Shown piece after piece: positions 45,002 to 53,515 of a stretch of DNA of 64,000 nucleotides (position 1 is the first letter of the stretch; every line of letters starts with the position of its first letter). Below the pieces are notes generated by a model. The model had not been told where the DNA came from and did no database searches. It saw nothing but the letters and a program-made list of their open reading frames with translations. The position numbers and the translations under genes are program-made. Source of the DNA: an uncultured Planctomycetales bacterium (lineage in GTDB: Bacteria; Planctomycetota; Phycisphaerae; UBA1845; PWPN01); assembly GCA_964401335.1 (NCBI GenBank), contig CAYNYK010000005.1:8362-72361 (forward strand), written 5' to 3'.

Positions 45002-45964
45002 ATGTCCTACTTGTTTCCCAAAGAGGAATTGGTTGCCACCCTTCGATGCCGCCATGGCGCGCTGCTACCCTGCAAGCTGGATTGGCCGGTGTATAAAATC
45101 TGCTATTGGAGCGGCGATCCGAGCGATGCACGGCCGCCGGGAGCCAACGAATGGAAAGACACCTGGGGTGTGACCTGGCGGAAGGAATCGCCGGACCCAG
45201 CCATGATGCCGTTTCCCGTCGCTCACCCCCTCGCCGATTCGCTGGATCTGCTGAACCGCCACCCGTGGCCGAATCCCGAGGATCCGCATCTGTTCGCCGA
45301 CCTAGCCAATCTTCGCCACCCGGACCATCAACTGTTGATTGGCGAGCACCGTTTTACGCTCTACGAGCGGGCCTGGCTGCTGACAGGCATGCAGCATCTG
45401 GCCGAGGCGGTTAATACGGACCCCGGCGGCGTGGATGAATTGTTTGACCGAATTGGGACTTTCGAATCAGTCATTGCCCGGCGATACATCCAGTTGGGTG
45501 TGGAGGCAGCCTGGATCATGGACGATTACGGTATGAGCTCCATGGCGAATTTCGCGCCCCAAACCTGGCGGCGGTATATCAAACCGCACCTGCGGAAAAT
45601 CGTGGAGTGCTATCATGAGGCGGGCATACTGGTCTTTTTGCACAGTTGCGGGAATGTCACTCCGCTCATTCATGATTTTCTGGAATTGGAAATCGATGCA
45701 CTTGATCCACTGCAACCGGCTTGCAATCGATTGGATCATATTCGCCGGCAGACCACCGGGCGGATGTGTCTGTGCGGAGGGGTCTCTTCGTCCGTGATGT
45801 TGGCCGACAACGTGGAACGTACAAAGGCCGACACGCTTCGACGGATTGAGGAACTGGGCGCGGAAGGCGGATATATTGTCGGGCCGGACGACGATTGGGA
45901 CTATCCGGCCTCGGCCCACCAGGCCATGTTGGCGGCGGTCGAGCATTATCGGTATCCGGAATAA
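45002..45964 (+). CDS. Uroporphyrinogen-decarboxylase-family (URO-D/MtaA-like) protein
   Basis: DDYGMSS....P..W..Y.KP....I......G..VFLHSCGN......D..E..IDALDPLQ is typical of the URO-D TIM barrel. Confidence 0.75.
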   Translation: MSYLFPKEELVATLRCRHGALLPCKLDWPVYKICYWSGDPSDARPPGANEWKDTWGVTWRKESPDPAMMPFPVAHPLADSLDLLNRHPWPNPEDPHLFADLANLRHPDHQLLIGEHRFTLYERAWLLTGMQHLAEAVNTDPGGVDELFDRIGTFESVIARRYIQLGVEAAWIMDDYGMSSMANFAPQTWRRYIKPHLRKIVECYHEAGILVFLHSCGNVTPLIHDFLELEIDALDPLQPACNRLDHIRRQTTGRMCLCGGVSSSVMLADNVERTKADTLRRIEELGAEGGYIVGPDDDWDYPASAHQAMLAAVEHYRYPE

Positions 45965-46021
45965 ACCCCCCGGCATCAGCCGGAGCAACGAGGACGGGAT
46001 GCAACCCGCGGGAGAACAAAA

Positions 46022-46474
46022 ATGGAACTGATCACGCAATTTTCGATCATGTTGGTGAACAAACCGGGCGTGCTGGCCCAGGTAACCCGGACCCTGGCTC
46101 AGGCGAGGATCAATATCGTAGCCATGACCATGATGGATTCGAGCGAGCACGGCGTGCTACGGGTCGTGGCGGAGGAGGTCAACCATGTGCGAACGGCCCT
46201 GGCCCCCCTCAACCTGCCGACGACCGAGACGGAAGTGTTATTGGTGGACATGTCCAACCGGGCGGGAGCTTTGGCGGACGTTTGTGGGAAGCTGGCCGAA
46301 GCTCATATCAACATTAATTACGCCTACTGCACCACGGGGGCCCGGGGCGGTAAGGCGACGGCCGTGTTCAAGGTATCGGATGTCAAAAAAGCAATGAAGG
46401 TGCTCAAACCGTCGCAGCGCAAGCTCAGCGACGAGAAGCATCGGCTGCGGCGGCCACCGGCGGGGCGCGGTTGA
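46022..46474 (+). CDS. Tandem ACT-domain protein
   Basis: Two repeats of the pattern (..NKPGVLAQVTRTLAQARINI.. and ..NRAGALADVCGKLAEAHININ..). Confidence 0.7.
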   Translation: MELITQFSIMLVNKPGVLAQVTRTLAQARINIVAMTMMDSSEHGVLRVVAEEVNHVRTALAPLNLPTTETEVLLVDMSNRAGALADVCGKLAEAHININYAYCTTGARGGKATAVFKVSDVKKAMKVLKPSQRKLSDEKHRLRRPPAGRG

Positions 46475-46508
46475 ACCGTCTGATCCGTATTCGACCGGCC
46501 GATTTCGA

Positions 46509-47219
46509 TCACGACAGCTCCTTGATGCGCAGGTTGCGGAATTCAACCCGATGATCGTGACCGCAGATGGCGATATGGCCGGTCTTGTTGTGCAGGCCGA
46601 CGAAATCATAACCGTGCATCTTCACCGGGCCGATGGTGTCCATGTCAACATCCAGAAGAAGAGTCCCGTTCAACGTCACCCGGACGCGCGAGCCTTTCGC
46701 CTCTATTTCCATGGCGTTCCACTCGCCCACGGGCTTCATGTGGCCGCGCTTGGCCGCCGCGGCCCCGTAAACCGAACCGTTAAACTGCTCCGGAGCGAGG
46801 TTCTGGTATTCGGGAAAGCTGTCGTCGAGGATTTGAATCTCCAGACCGGTCACGGCCGGCGGCAGCTTGTCGTCGATGGCCGCGCGGATGCCGACGCCGT
46901 TGTTGCCGCCCGGCTCCAGCCGGTATTCGAGGCGAAGAATGAAGTCGCTGTATTCCCGTTCGGTGTACAGAGCGTCGTGGGCGCTCTTTTTGCAGACAAG
47001 GATCCCGTCAACCGCTTCGTAATCCTCGGCCGGCCCCTGCCAGCCGTTCAGCGTTTTCCCGTCAAAGAGGCTGACAAAACCCTCCTCATCGGCTCCTGGC
47101 GATGCCTCCCGGCTGGCGGCAGGCGTAGGTTCCGGCGTGGGAACGGCCGGCTCTTCGCGACGGGAGCAGGCCGTACCGATCAACAATAACACGATCACGG
47201 TCATAGCATGGCGGTACAC
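46509..47219 (-). CDS. DUF1080 (3-keto-disaccharide hydrolase-like) lipoprotein
   Basis: Lipobox IGTAC. F.SLFDGKTLNGWQG, NNGVGIR, GH.I...H...VEFRNLRIKEL. Confidence 0.8.
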   Translation of the reverse strand: MYRHAMTVIVLLLIGTACSRREEPAVPTPEPTPAASREASPGADEEGFVSLFDGKTLNGWQGPAEDYEAVDGILVCKKSAHDALYTEREYSDFILRLEYRLEPGGNNGVGIRAAIDDKLPPAVTGLEIQILDDSFPEYQNLAPEQFNGSVYGAAAAKRGHMKPVGEWNAMEIEAKGSRVRVTLNGTLLLDVDMDTIGPVKMHGYDFVGLHNKTGHIAICGHDHRVEFRNLRIKELS

Positions 47220-47343
47220 GTGGCAATCCTCCTGTGCATAGATGAGTCTGGAAGGGGTTTATTCTCCACGGCAGGACAAAGCAAGGCAATTGTGGTCGGG
47301 CGGTGCGTACATTAGATGATCCACACGCGGTATACCCGCGGGT

Positions 47344-47382
47344 GGAGCGGAAAAACCGCCTCACCCGCGGGTAAACCATCAT
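47344..47382. terminator. Hairpin downstream of the HEAT-repeat gene
   Basis: acccgcgggtggagcgg-aaaaa-ccgcctcacccgcgggt (17-nt arms, 2 mismatches). Confidence 0.4.
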
Positions 47383-47394
47383 ACCGAAGCAGAT

Positions 47395-48162
47395 TCAAAG
47401 ACTCTGCAAAGCAAGTTCGGCCGCCTTTTTCTGGGCGGGGTGGTCGCATTTGCAGGCCTTGATCGCCTCGTAGATTTTTTTGGCGTCGGCTTTCTTGCCC
47501 GCTTTCGCCAGAGTCTCCGCCAGACGCACGCGGGCCTTGGCCGTCCGAGTCTTGGTCATCGGGCACGGGCACTGGGCCATGGCGACGATGAGCGCGTCGT
47601 TGGCCGGTTCGGGATAATTGGCCAACATCTCGACGGCCGCCAGACGTACTTCCGGATCATAGGTCTCGTCGTCGGCCAATTTTTGCAAGGCCGCCAATGC
47701 GTCCGGGCAATGCCGCCGGCCGAGCGAGCCGACCACGCCGATCAGAAATTCGGGACCGACCTCGCCAAGGGCATCAATCAAGGCCTTGGTGGCTGCCGGC
47801 GACGGGTTATACGCCAACGCGCAACGGGCGGCCTCACGTACCTCGAGTTTCTTCATGGCCTCGACAAGAAAGGGTATTTCCGCGTCGCCGGCCACGTATT
47901 GCAAAATACGAGTGATCGCCGTTCGTTGCACGGCGGCCGGATAGAGCGGCCTTTGTGTCGGCGGGCGGTTCGGCTTGGAAGGGGGAACTTCCACCGTGCG
48001 GGAAAGCTCCGCGCACACGGCGGCGGCCAGGGCGGCCCGTTCGTTTTCGGCGCCCGGCCGGGTGGCCTTCATCGCTTCCTGGACCTGCTCGAACAAAAGT
48101 TTGTACGCCTGCGATTCATCAGCGTCACGTAATTGGGTTAACAGTTGCTCAACGGATTGCAT
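47395..48162 (-). CDS. HEAT-repeat protein
   Basis: Repeated A..AL..LG....P.L helical pairs (..AATKALIDALGEVGPE.., ..ALAALQKLADDE..). Confidence 0.6.
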   Translation of the reverse strand: MQSVEQLLTQLRDADESQAYKLLFEQVQEAMKATRPGAENERAALAAAVCAELSRTVEVPPSKPNRPPTQRPLYPAAVQRTAITRILQYVAGDAEIPFLVEAMKKLEVREAARCALAYNPSPAATKALIDALGEVGPEFLIGVVGSLGRRHCPDALAALQKLADDETYDPEVRLAAVEMLANYPEPANDALIVAMAQCPCPMTKTRTAKARVRLAETLAKAGKKADAKKIYEAIKACKCDHPAQKKAAELALQSL

Positions 48163-48221
48163 GTTTTATTTCCTCATCTATAGGATTGGTTCATTTTCCT
48201 GTTTCCTGCACGACTTGTTTT

Positions 48222-49583
48222 TCACAGATGCCAGGGGGCGCGCATCGGCCGGCTCATCATCCGGTTGGCCTCGGCATCACCGACGAATTCCTCCTTCTGC
48301 GGATCCCATTGCAACGGCCGATGCAGCCGGGCGGAGATATTGCCGATATGACAGATGGACACCGAGCGATGCCCGATGGCCACGTCGCAGATGCATCTTT
48401 CACGGCTGCGGATGCAATCCAGCCAGTTCTGATGGTGGTCGTCGCTCTTGTAAAGGCGGATGTCGTTGCCGCCCAACTCGATTTTGAGCAATTCCGGATC
48501 GGAGGCCTGGATTTCAATGCGGCTGACGAAGATCCAGCCGTTGGTACCGGTGAACTTCACACCGTTGCCGAATTTCGTGCCGTCCTCGTAGGACTGTTCT
48601 TGAGTATGGCAGAACAAGTCGGTACCGTCGGCATATTTATAATGGATATCAAACTCACCGGCTACAGTGTGCGGCCCCTGGGCGTGGAAGGTCGCATTCG
48701 TGGCGTCGACATAAACCGGCCCGCTTTCGTCGGTGCCGAGACCCCACTGGGCAATATCGTTATGATGCGCGCCCCAATCGGTCAACACGCCGCCGGAATA
48801 ATCATACATCCAGCGGAACTGGTAGTGCACCAAATTCTGGTGATAATCAACATAAGGCGCCGGCCCGAGCCAGAAATCCCAATCCAACTCCGGCGGTGGG
48901 GTAGTGGCGGGTTTCCATTGGCCGGCGTCCACGCCGTGCAGAACGGTATCCACTCGTTTTATCTTGCCAATCTTGCCGTTGCGGACGAGTTCGCAGGCCT
49001 GGCGGAAGCGGGCGTCCGAACGCTGCTGACTGCCTGTCTGGAAAACGGTGCCATAACGCCGGGCGGCGGCAACCATGGCCTTGCCTTCCTCGATGGTCAG
49101 GGTCAGCGGCTTTTCGCAATACACATCCTTGCCGGCCTCCATAGCCGCTATGGCAATCAGCGCGTGCCAGTGATCGGGGGTGACGACAAAGACCCCGTCG
49201 ATATCCTTGCGATCGAGCAGGCGGCGAAAATCCTTGTAGACCCCAACGCGGCGCCCGGCCTTTGCCAGACATAAGCGGGCCGCCTCGTCCACGTGATTGC
49301 TGTCCACGTCGCAGACGGCGGCCACATCAATCTGGTCTTTCAGACGTTCGAGGCAATTGTTGTCCAGGTGATGCCGACGACCAAGGTCGCCGGTACCGAT
49401 GAATCCAACGACGATTTTTTCGCTTGGCAGTTTCGGTTTTTTATCATCCGCCATGACCAGCGCTCCTGTGCTTTGCACGGCCCGGGCATAGCCGGACAGG
49501 GCGGTGACGGCCGCCAATCCGCCGGCGGAATACTTGAGCAAATCCCTGCGGGCAATGGGTTTTTGTTCTTTCACGGATAGCAC
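48222..49583 (-). CDS. Gfo/Idh/MocA-family oxidoreductase with Tat signal
   Basis: RRDLLKYSAGGLAAV twin-arginine leader. Rossmann GFIGTGDLG. EKPLTLTIEEG. Confidence 0.88.
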   Translation of the reverse strand: MLSVKEQKPIARRDLLKYSAGGLAAVTALSGYARAVQSTGALVMADDKKPKLPSEKIVVGFIGTGDLGRRHHLDNNCLERLKDQIDVAAVCDVDSNHVDEAARLCLAKAGRRVGVYKDFRRLLDRKDIDGVFVVTPDHWHALIAIAAMEAGKDVYCEKPLTLTIEEGKAMVAAARRYGTVFQTGSQQRSDARFRQACELVRNGKIGKIKRVDTVLHGVDAGQWKPATTPPPELDWDFWLGPAPYVDYHQNLVHYQFRWMYDYSGGVLTDWGAHHNDIAQWGLGTDESGPVYVDATNATFHAQGPHTVAGEFDIHYKYADGTDLFCHTQEQSYEDGTKFGNGVKFTGTNGWIFVSRIEIQASDPELLKIELGGNDIRLYKSDDHHQNWLDCIRSRERCICDVAIGHRSVSICHIGNISARLHRPLQWDPQKEEFVGDAEANRMMSRPMRAPWHL

Positions 49584-49633
49584 TCCTTCTTTTGTAACAG
49601 TCCGCCCGGATCAAACCCGGGCATTGTCAGGTT

Positions 49634-50965
49634 TTACAGGTGCCATGGGGCTCGCATCGGACGGCCGACCATTTGGTTGGCCGCCTCGTCGCCGACTATT
49701 TGTTCCTTTTGCGGGTCCCACTTGATCGGCCGCGCGAGCCGAATCGAGATATTCCCCAAATGGCACACGGTGGCCGACCGATGCCCGATCTCGACGTCGC
49801 AGATGCAACGCTTGCGGCTCCGGATGCAATCAAAAAAATTGTTGTGATGATCTTCGCTGAAATAGACGGTTTTGTCGTTGCGGGTGAATTTGGCCCGCAA
49901 GACGGCCGGGTCCGACGCTTCAATCCGAGTACGGTTCACGAACAGCCAGCCGCTGTCACACTCGAAATGCACGCCGTCCTGAGGGGCCGTTCGGCAAGTC
50001 ACTTCTACACCGTTGGCATATTTGTACTTGATGACAAAGGTGTGCGGCACGTCGTAGGGTCCGTCGGTAAAAAATTCGCCCCGCCCGTCGATCTCGACCG
50101 GCCCGGAACCGTCCATGTCCAGGGCCCACTGAGCGATATCGTTATGATGCGCGCCCCAATCGGTCAACTTGCCACCGGAATAATCGTAGAACCAGCGAAA
50201 CGTATGATGCGAGCGAATGGGCATGTAATCGACATAAGGCCGCGGGCCTAGCCAGAAGTTCCAATCGAATCCGGCGGGTGGAGTCTGGACCGGCTGCCAT
50301 TCGCCCGGCCCGACCTGCCCGACACGCGTTTCGATTTTTTGAATATCGCCGAGTAACCGGTTGCGCATGATTTCGACGGCCAGCCGAAAACGCGGATGCG
50401 AGCGTTGCTGGCTGCCGGTTTGAAAGACGGTGCCGTAGCGTCGGGCGGCGGCGACGAGGGCTTGGCCTTCCTCGATGGTCAAGGTCAGCGGCTTTTCGCA
50501 ATAAACATCCTTGCCGGCCTCCATAGCCGCCAGAGCGGTGAGGGCGTGCCAGTGATCGGGTGTGGCGATCAGGACGGCGTCAATATCCTTCTGCTCCAGC
50601 AGCTTGCGGAAATCGTGGTACATCGGCACCTTGTGGCCGCGCTTGCGCAGGATGCTGCCGGCGGCCAGGGCCCGACGGTTTTCGTCCAAGTCACAGACCG
50701 CGCCGAACTCAACACGGTCGTCACGCATGAGCCGATCTTCCAGGTGCCAGCGACGGCCAAGCTCGCCCGTACCAATGACGGCCATCACCACCCGCTCGCT
50801 CGGTGGTGGTCCTTTTTTCGTGTCGGTCATGACCAACGGCGCCGCGTTGCGTGCGTTCCGCGCGCAACCGGCCAAGGTGGACGCTGCCGCCAACCCGGCC
50901 GTCGCGGTTCGGACGAAGGGTCGCCGATTGTTGGTTGGACGATCACTCACCGTGCAAACTCCCAT
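49634..50965 (-). CDS. Gfo/Idh/MocA-family oxidoreductase with Tat signal (tandem paralogue)
   Basis: NNRRPFVRTATAGLAAAS leader. The same EKPLTLTIEEG and TGSQQRS blocks as its neighbour. Start moved to 50965. Confidence 0.85.
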   Translation of the reverse strand: MGVCTVSDRPTNNRRPFVRTATAGLAAASTLAGCARNARNAAPLVMTDTKKGPPPSERVVMAVIGTGELGRRWHLEDRLMRDDRVEFGAVCDLDENRRALAAGSILRKRGHKVPMYHDFRKLLEQKDIDAVLIATPDHWHALTALAAMEAGKDVYCEKPLTLTIEEGQALVAAARRYGTVFQTGSQQRSHPRFRLAVEIMRNRLLGDIQKIETRVGQVGPGEWQPVQTPPAGFDWNFWLGPRPYVDYMPIRSHHTFRWFYDYSGGKLTDWGAHHNDIAQWALDMDGSGPVEIDGRGEFFTDGPYDVPHTFVIKYKYANGVEVTCRTAPQDGVHFECDSGWLFVNRTRIEASDPAVLRAKFTRNDKTVYFSEDHHNNFFDCIRSRKRCICDVEIGHRSATVCHLGNISIRLARPIKWDPQKEQIVGDEAANQMVGRPMRAPWHL

Positions 50966-51315
50966 AGGGTTGGGGTATGGCAACGTTTTCCGCGGTCGGC
51001 AATGCGGGGCCGAGCGATAAGCGCACTTTTCCCGGCCGCCACACCACCGCTTTCTCCCCCCTGGCTCGGGGGTCGGGCATTGTAACCCATCATGGCCCGG
51101 CAGAGCAAAACCGCCTGTCCGGCTCCGGAAAAGAGTGGTGACCGTTCCGGCGGGGCCGCGGCAATTTTTACCGGAATGCGAATTTCTCTTGGGACGCAAT
51201 TTCTCGCCGGATGTCATTTGCTGAATGGAGCTATGGCAAGGCGGTGCATTCCAATTGAGAGCATTGCTTCATCAAGATGTTTTCATGGAACAAAACATTT
51301 GGGTATAATGAATGT

Positions 51316-51648
51316 ATGAAATTGCCTGGTGCCGATCTGGCTATTGTCGAGGATCACAAGCTGCGGGAATATGTGCTCAATCCCAACCATCCCGTGGGAC
51401 GACACCACGCGGCGTTGTTTTCCATGCTCTTGGGCATCGATTTGAACAACGCACATCTATTAAAGAAAGCCCTCCTCGAAGCCGCAAAAGTTGCCGATGT
51501 GGATAAGGAGATAATGACAGGCTACGGGCGCAAGTATGAGATGCGTTTCACGATGTCCGGGCCGAGTGGGGATAAAACCGTGCGGGCGGTTTGGATCGTT
51601 AACGAAGGCAGTGATCGGCCTCGGCTGGTCACCTGCTTTGTGGAGTGA
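51316..51648 (+). CDS. DUF6883-like protein (toxin-like partner of the DUF4926 gene)
   Basis: KLREYVLNPNHPVGRHHAALF...LGID and RAVWIVNEGSDRPRLVTCF match my recollection of DUF6883. This needs an HMM check. Confidence 0.55.
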   Translation: MKLPGADLAIVEDHKLREYVLNPNHPVGRHHAALFSMLLGIDLNNAHLLKKALLEAAKVADVDKEIMTGYGRKYEMRFTMSGPSGDKTVRAVWIVNEGSDRPRLVTCFVE

Positions 51649-51651
51649 GCA

Positions 51652-51867
51652 ATGTTGAAAGAACATGATGTGGTAACCGTGACAACGGATGTGCCGGAGG
51701 AAAGGTTGTCGGCGGGCGACGTGGGTGCTATCGTTCACCGCTACCCGGAGAACGATGTCTATGAAGTCGATTTTGTCGATGAGCACGGCCGTGCCCGAGG
51801 CGTGGTAACCCTGAGCGGTTCTCAACTCCTGCGCCTGAACCTGTCATCTCTCCTGACGGCATCCTGA
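51652..51867 (+). CDS. DUF4926-like small protein
   Basis: DVV.....VPEE.L.AGDVGAIVH.Y...DVYEVDFVDEHGR...VVTLS..QL. Starts 3 nt after the upstream stop. Confidence 0.55.
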   Translation: MLKEHDVVTVTTDVPEERLSAGDVGAIVHRYPENDVYEVDFVDEHGRARGVVTLSGSQLLRLNLSSLLTAS

Positions 51868-51930
51868 TCCAACGCCTTTTTATCACGGACAGGGAAGCTT
51901 TCGTAGGTCGCCAGCCACCCTGTCACTCTG

Positions 51931-52032
51931 TCATCGCTCCCCCATCTCGAAACGAGGTGGGCCACCCGACTGAAGATCGGCCGGTTACGAAAGTTCATCA
52001 TCACTCCCCACATCTGAAGACATGGGCCCCCC
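51931..52032 (+). repeat. Dispersed hairpin-bearing repeat, two adjacent modules (copies A1 and A2)
   Basis: A1 (51931-51967) is tcatcgctccc-[hairpin ccatctcg-aaa-cgaggtgg]-gccaccc. A2 (51975-52032) is 52/60 identical to 55442-55500. Confidence 0.7.
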
Positions 52033-52037
52033 GACCA

Positions 52038-52241
52038 TCACAACAAGCTCTCATCATTGGGAATCAAAAACCACAAGGCCAGGTAGACCAGAATACCCGG
52101 GAAGGCGGCCGAGGCCACCGGGATGATGACATAAAGGAGCCGCACGCGGAAGGGAGATATGCCGTAATACTCGGCCAGCCCCCCGCAGACGCCGGCAATC
52201 ATACGATCATTCCGAGAACGGCGAAGATATTGTTGGGCCAT
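52038..52241 (-). CDS. PspC-domain membrane protein
   Basis: RSRNDRMIAGVCGGLAEYYGISPFRVRLLYVI.. Start set at MAQQYL. Confidence 0.8.
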   Translation of the reverse strand: MAQQYLRRSRNDRMIAGVCGGLAEYYGISPFRVRLLYVIIPVASAAFPGILVYLALWFLIPNDESLL

Positions 52242-52275
52242 AATGGGTTCCTCCGAAAAAGCGGCTCGTTGATTG

Positions 52276-53184
52276 TTACTTTTTCCGCAATCGGAATTCG
52301 ACCACACGCTCGTGCGGATCGCTGCAGTTGCGATGGGCCTTGACGTATTCCCAGCGGCCGGCGTCCTCGAAGATTTGCCGGACGGCCGCGTGCTGATCGT
52401 AACCGATCTCCGCCAGCAGCAAACCGCCATCAGCCAGAACGGCCGGGGCCTCGTTTGCCAGACGACGGTACATGCCCAAACCGTCGCCGCCGGGCGGGAC
52501 CAGGGCGATTCGCGGCTCATGCTCGCGCACGTTGGGCGGAAGCGTCGGCCATTGCTGCTCGCTGATATACGGCGGGTTGGTGGCAAGCACATCGAATCCG
52601 CCGGGTGGTACCACTTCGGCCGACAGGGTCACACCGTCGGCCTGGACCAGCCGCATACGATCGCCCACGTCATGCCGCTGCACGTTACCGGCCGTAACGG
52701 CCAGAGCGTCCGCGGAGATATCGCTGCCCACCACCCGGGCGTTGGCCGCGTATTTTGCGATGGCAACACCCACGCAACCGCTACCCGTACCCAGGTCCAA
52801 AATGTTCCACTCGCGCAAGGGCTCGGCCCGGCACAACTCGATTACCCGTTGCACAAGGGCCTCCGTCTCCGGCCGGGGAATCAGGACGGCCGGCGTTACG
52901 GTAAATTCCAACGAGTAAAACTCCCGCTGACCCAGCAGATAAGCGACCGGAGTATGTTCGCCGGCCTGGCGGACCAGTTCGCGAAACGCCGCCCGCTGTT
53001 CGTCCGTCGGCTCGGTTTCCCAGCGCGTGTACAGATCGATCTTCTTGCAGCCGCAGGCGCGGGCCAGAAGCAGTTCGGCCGTCAACCGCCCGCCCTCGAC
53101 CTGTCGCTCGTTAAACCATTGGGTCGTCCATTGCAGCAGACGGCCGACGGTCCAGGTGGTTTGTTGTTCTGACGTTTCGGACAT
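52276..53184 (-). CDS. prmC: Release-factor glutamine N5-methyltransferase
   Basis: ILDLGTGSGCVG (SAM motif I) and ATNPPYI (NPPY). Start moved to MSETSEQ. Confidence 0.88.
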   Translation of the reverse strand: MSETSEQQTTWTVGRLLQWTTQWFNERQVEGGRLTAELLLARACGCKKIDLYTRWETEPTDEQRAAFRELVRQAGEHTPVAYLLGQREFYSLEFTVTPAVLIPRPETEALVQRVIELCRAEPLREWNILDLGTGSGCVGVAIAKYAANARVVGSDISADALAVTAGNVQRHDVGDRMRLVQADGVTLSAEVVPPGGFDVLATNPPYISEQQWPTLPPNVREHEPRIALVPPGGDGLGMYRRLANEAPAVLADGGLLLAEIGYDQHAAVRQIFEDAGRWEYVKAHRNCSDPHERVVEFRLRKK

Positions 53185-53282
53185 AACCGTTACTATACCG
53201 AAGAACTCAAAAACCTTGCAATAACACAGCGTTCTTGCCGCGAACCCGATGTAATCCGCGGAATACGGCATGAGGGAGAGAC

Positions 53283-53429
53283 AGAGAGATGGAGAGAGGG
53301 AGAAAAATCAAAGATACCCCATTATTCTCGAAAGTAGATCCTCATAATTCGTCCCCCATCGCGAAAGTGTATGACATAGGATGCGCAGATACATTGAAAA
53401 TCATGGAACTTGGTTCTCTCCATCTCTCT
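53283..53429. repeat. 15-bp perfect inverted repeat pair separated by 117 bp
   Basis: agagagatggagaga (53283-53297) and tctctccatctctct (53415-53429). The intervening sequence contains a degenerate copy of the tcccccatc.cgaaa module. Confidence 0.6.
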
Positions 53430-53515
53430 ATCACTCCGTCTGCTTCCTTACAATCCCCATCTTTCCTTCGCTGGTGCCGGCTGCGTCGCGTTCTTCTTGA
53501 TCCGACAACTGGCGG

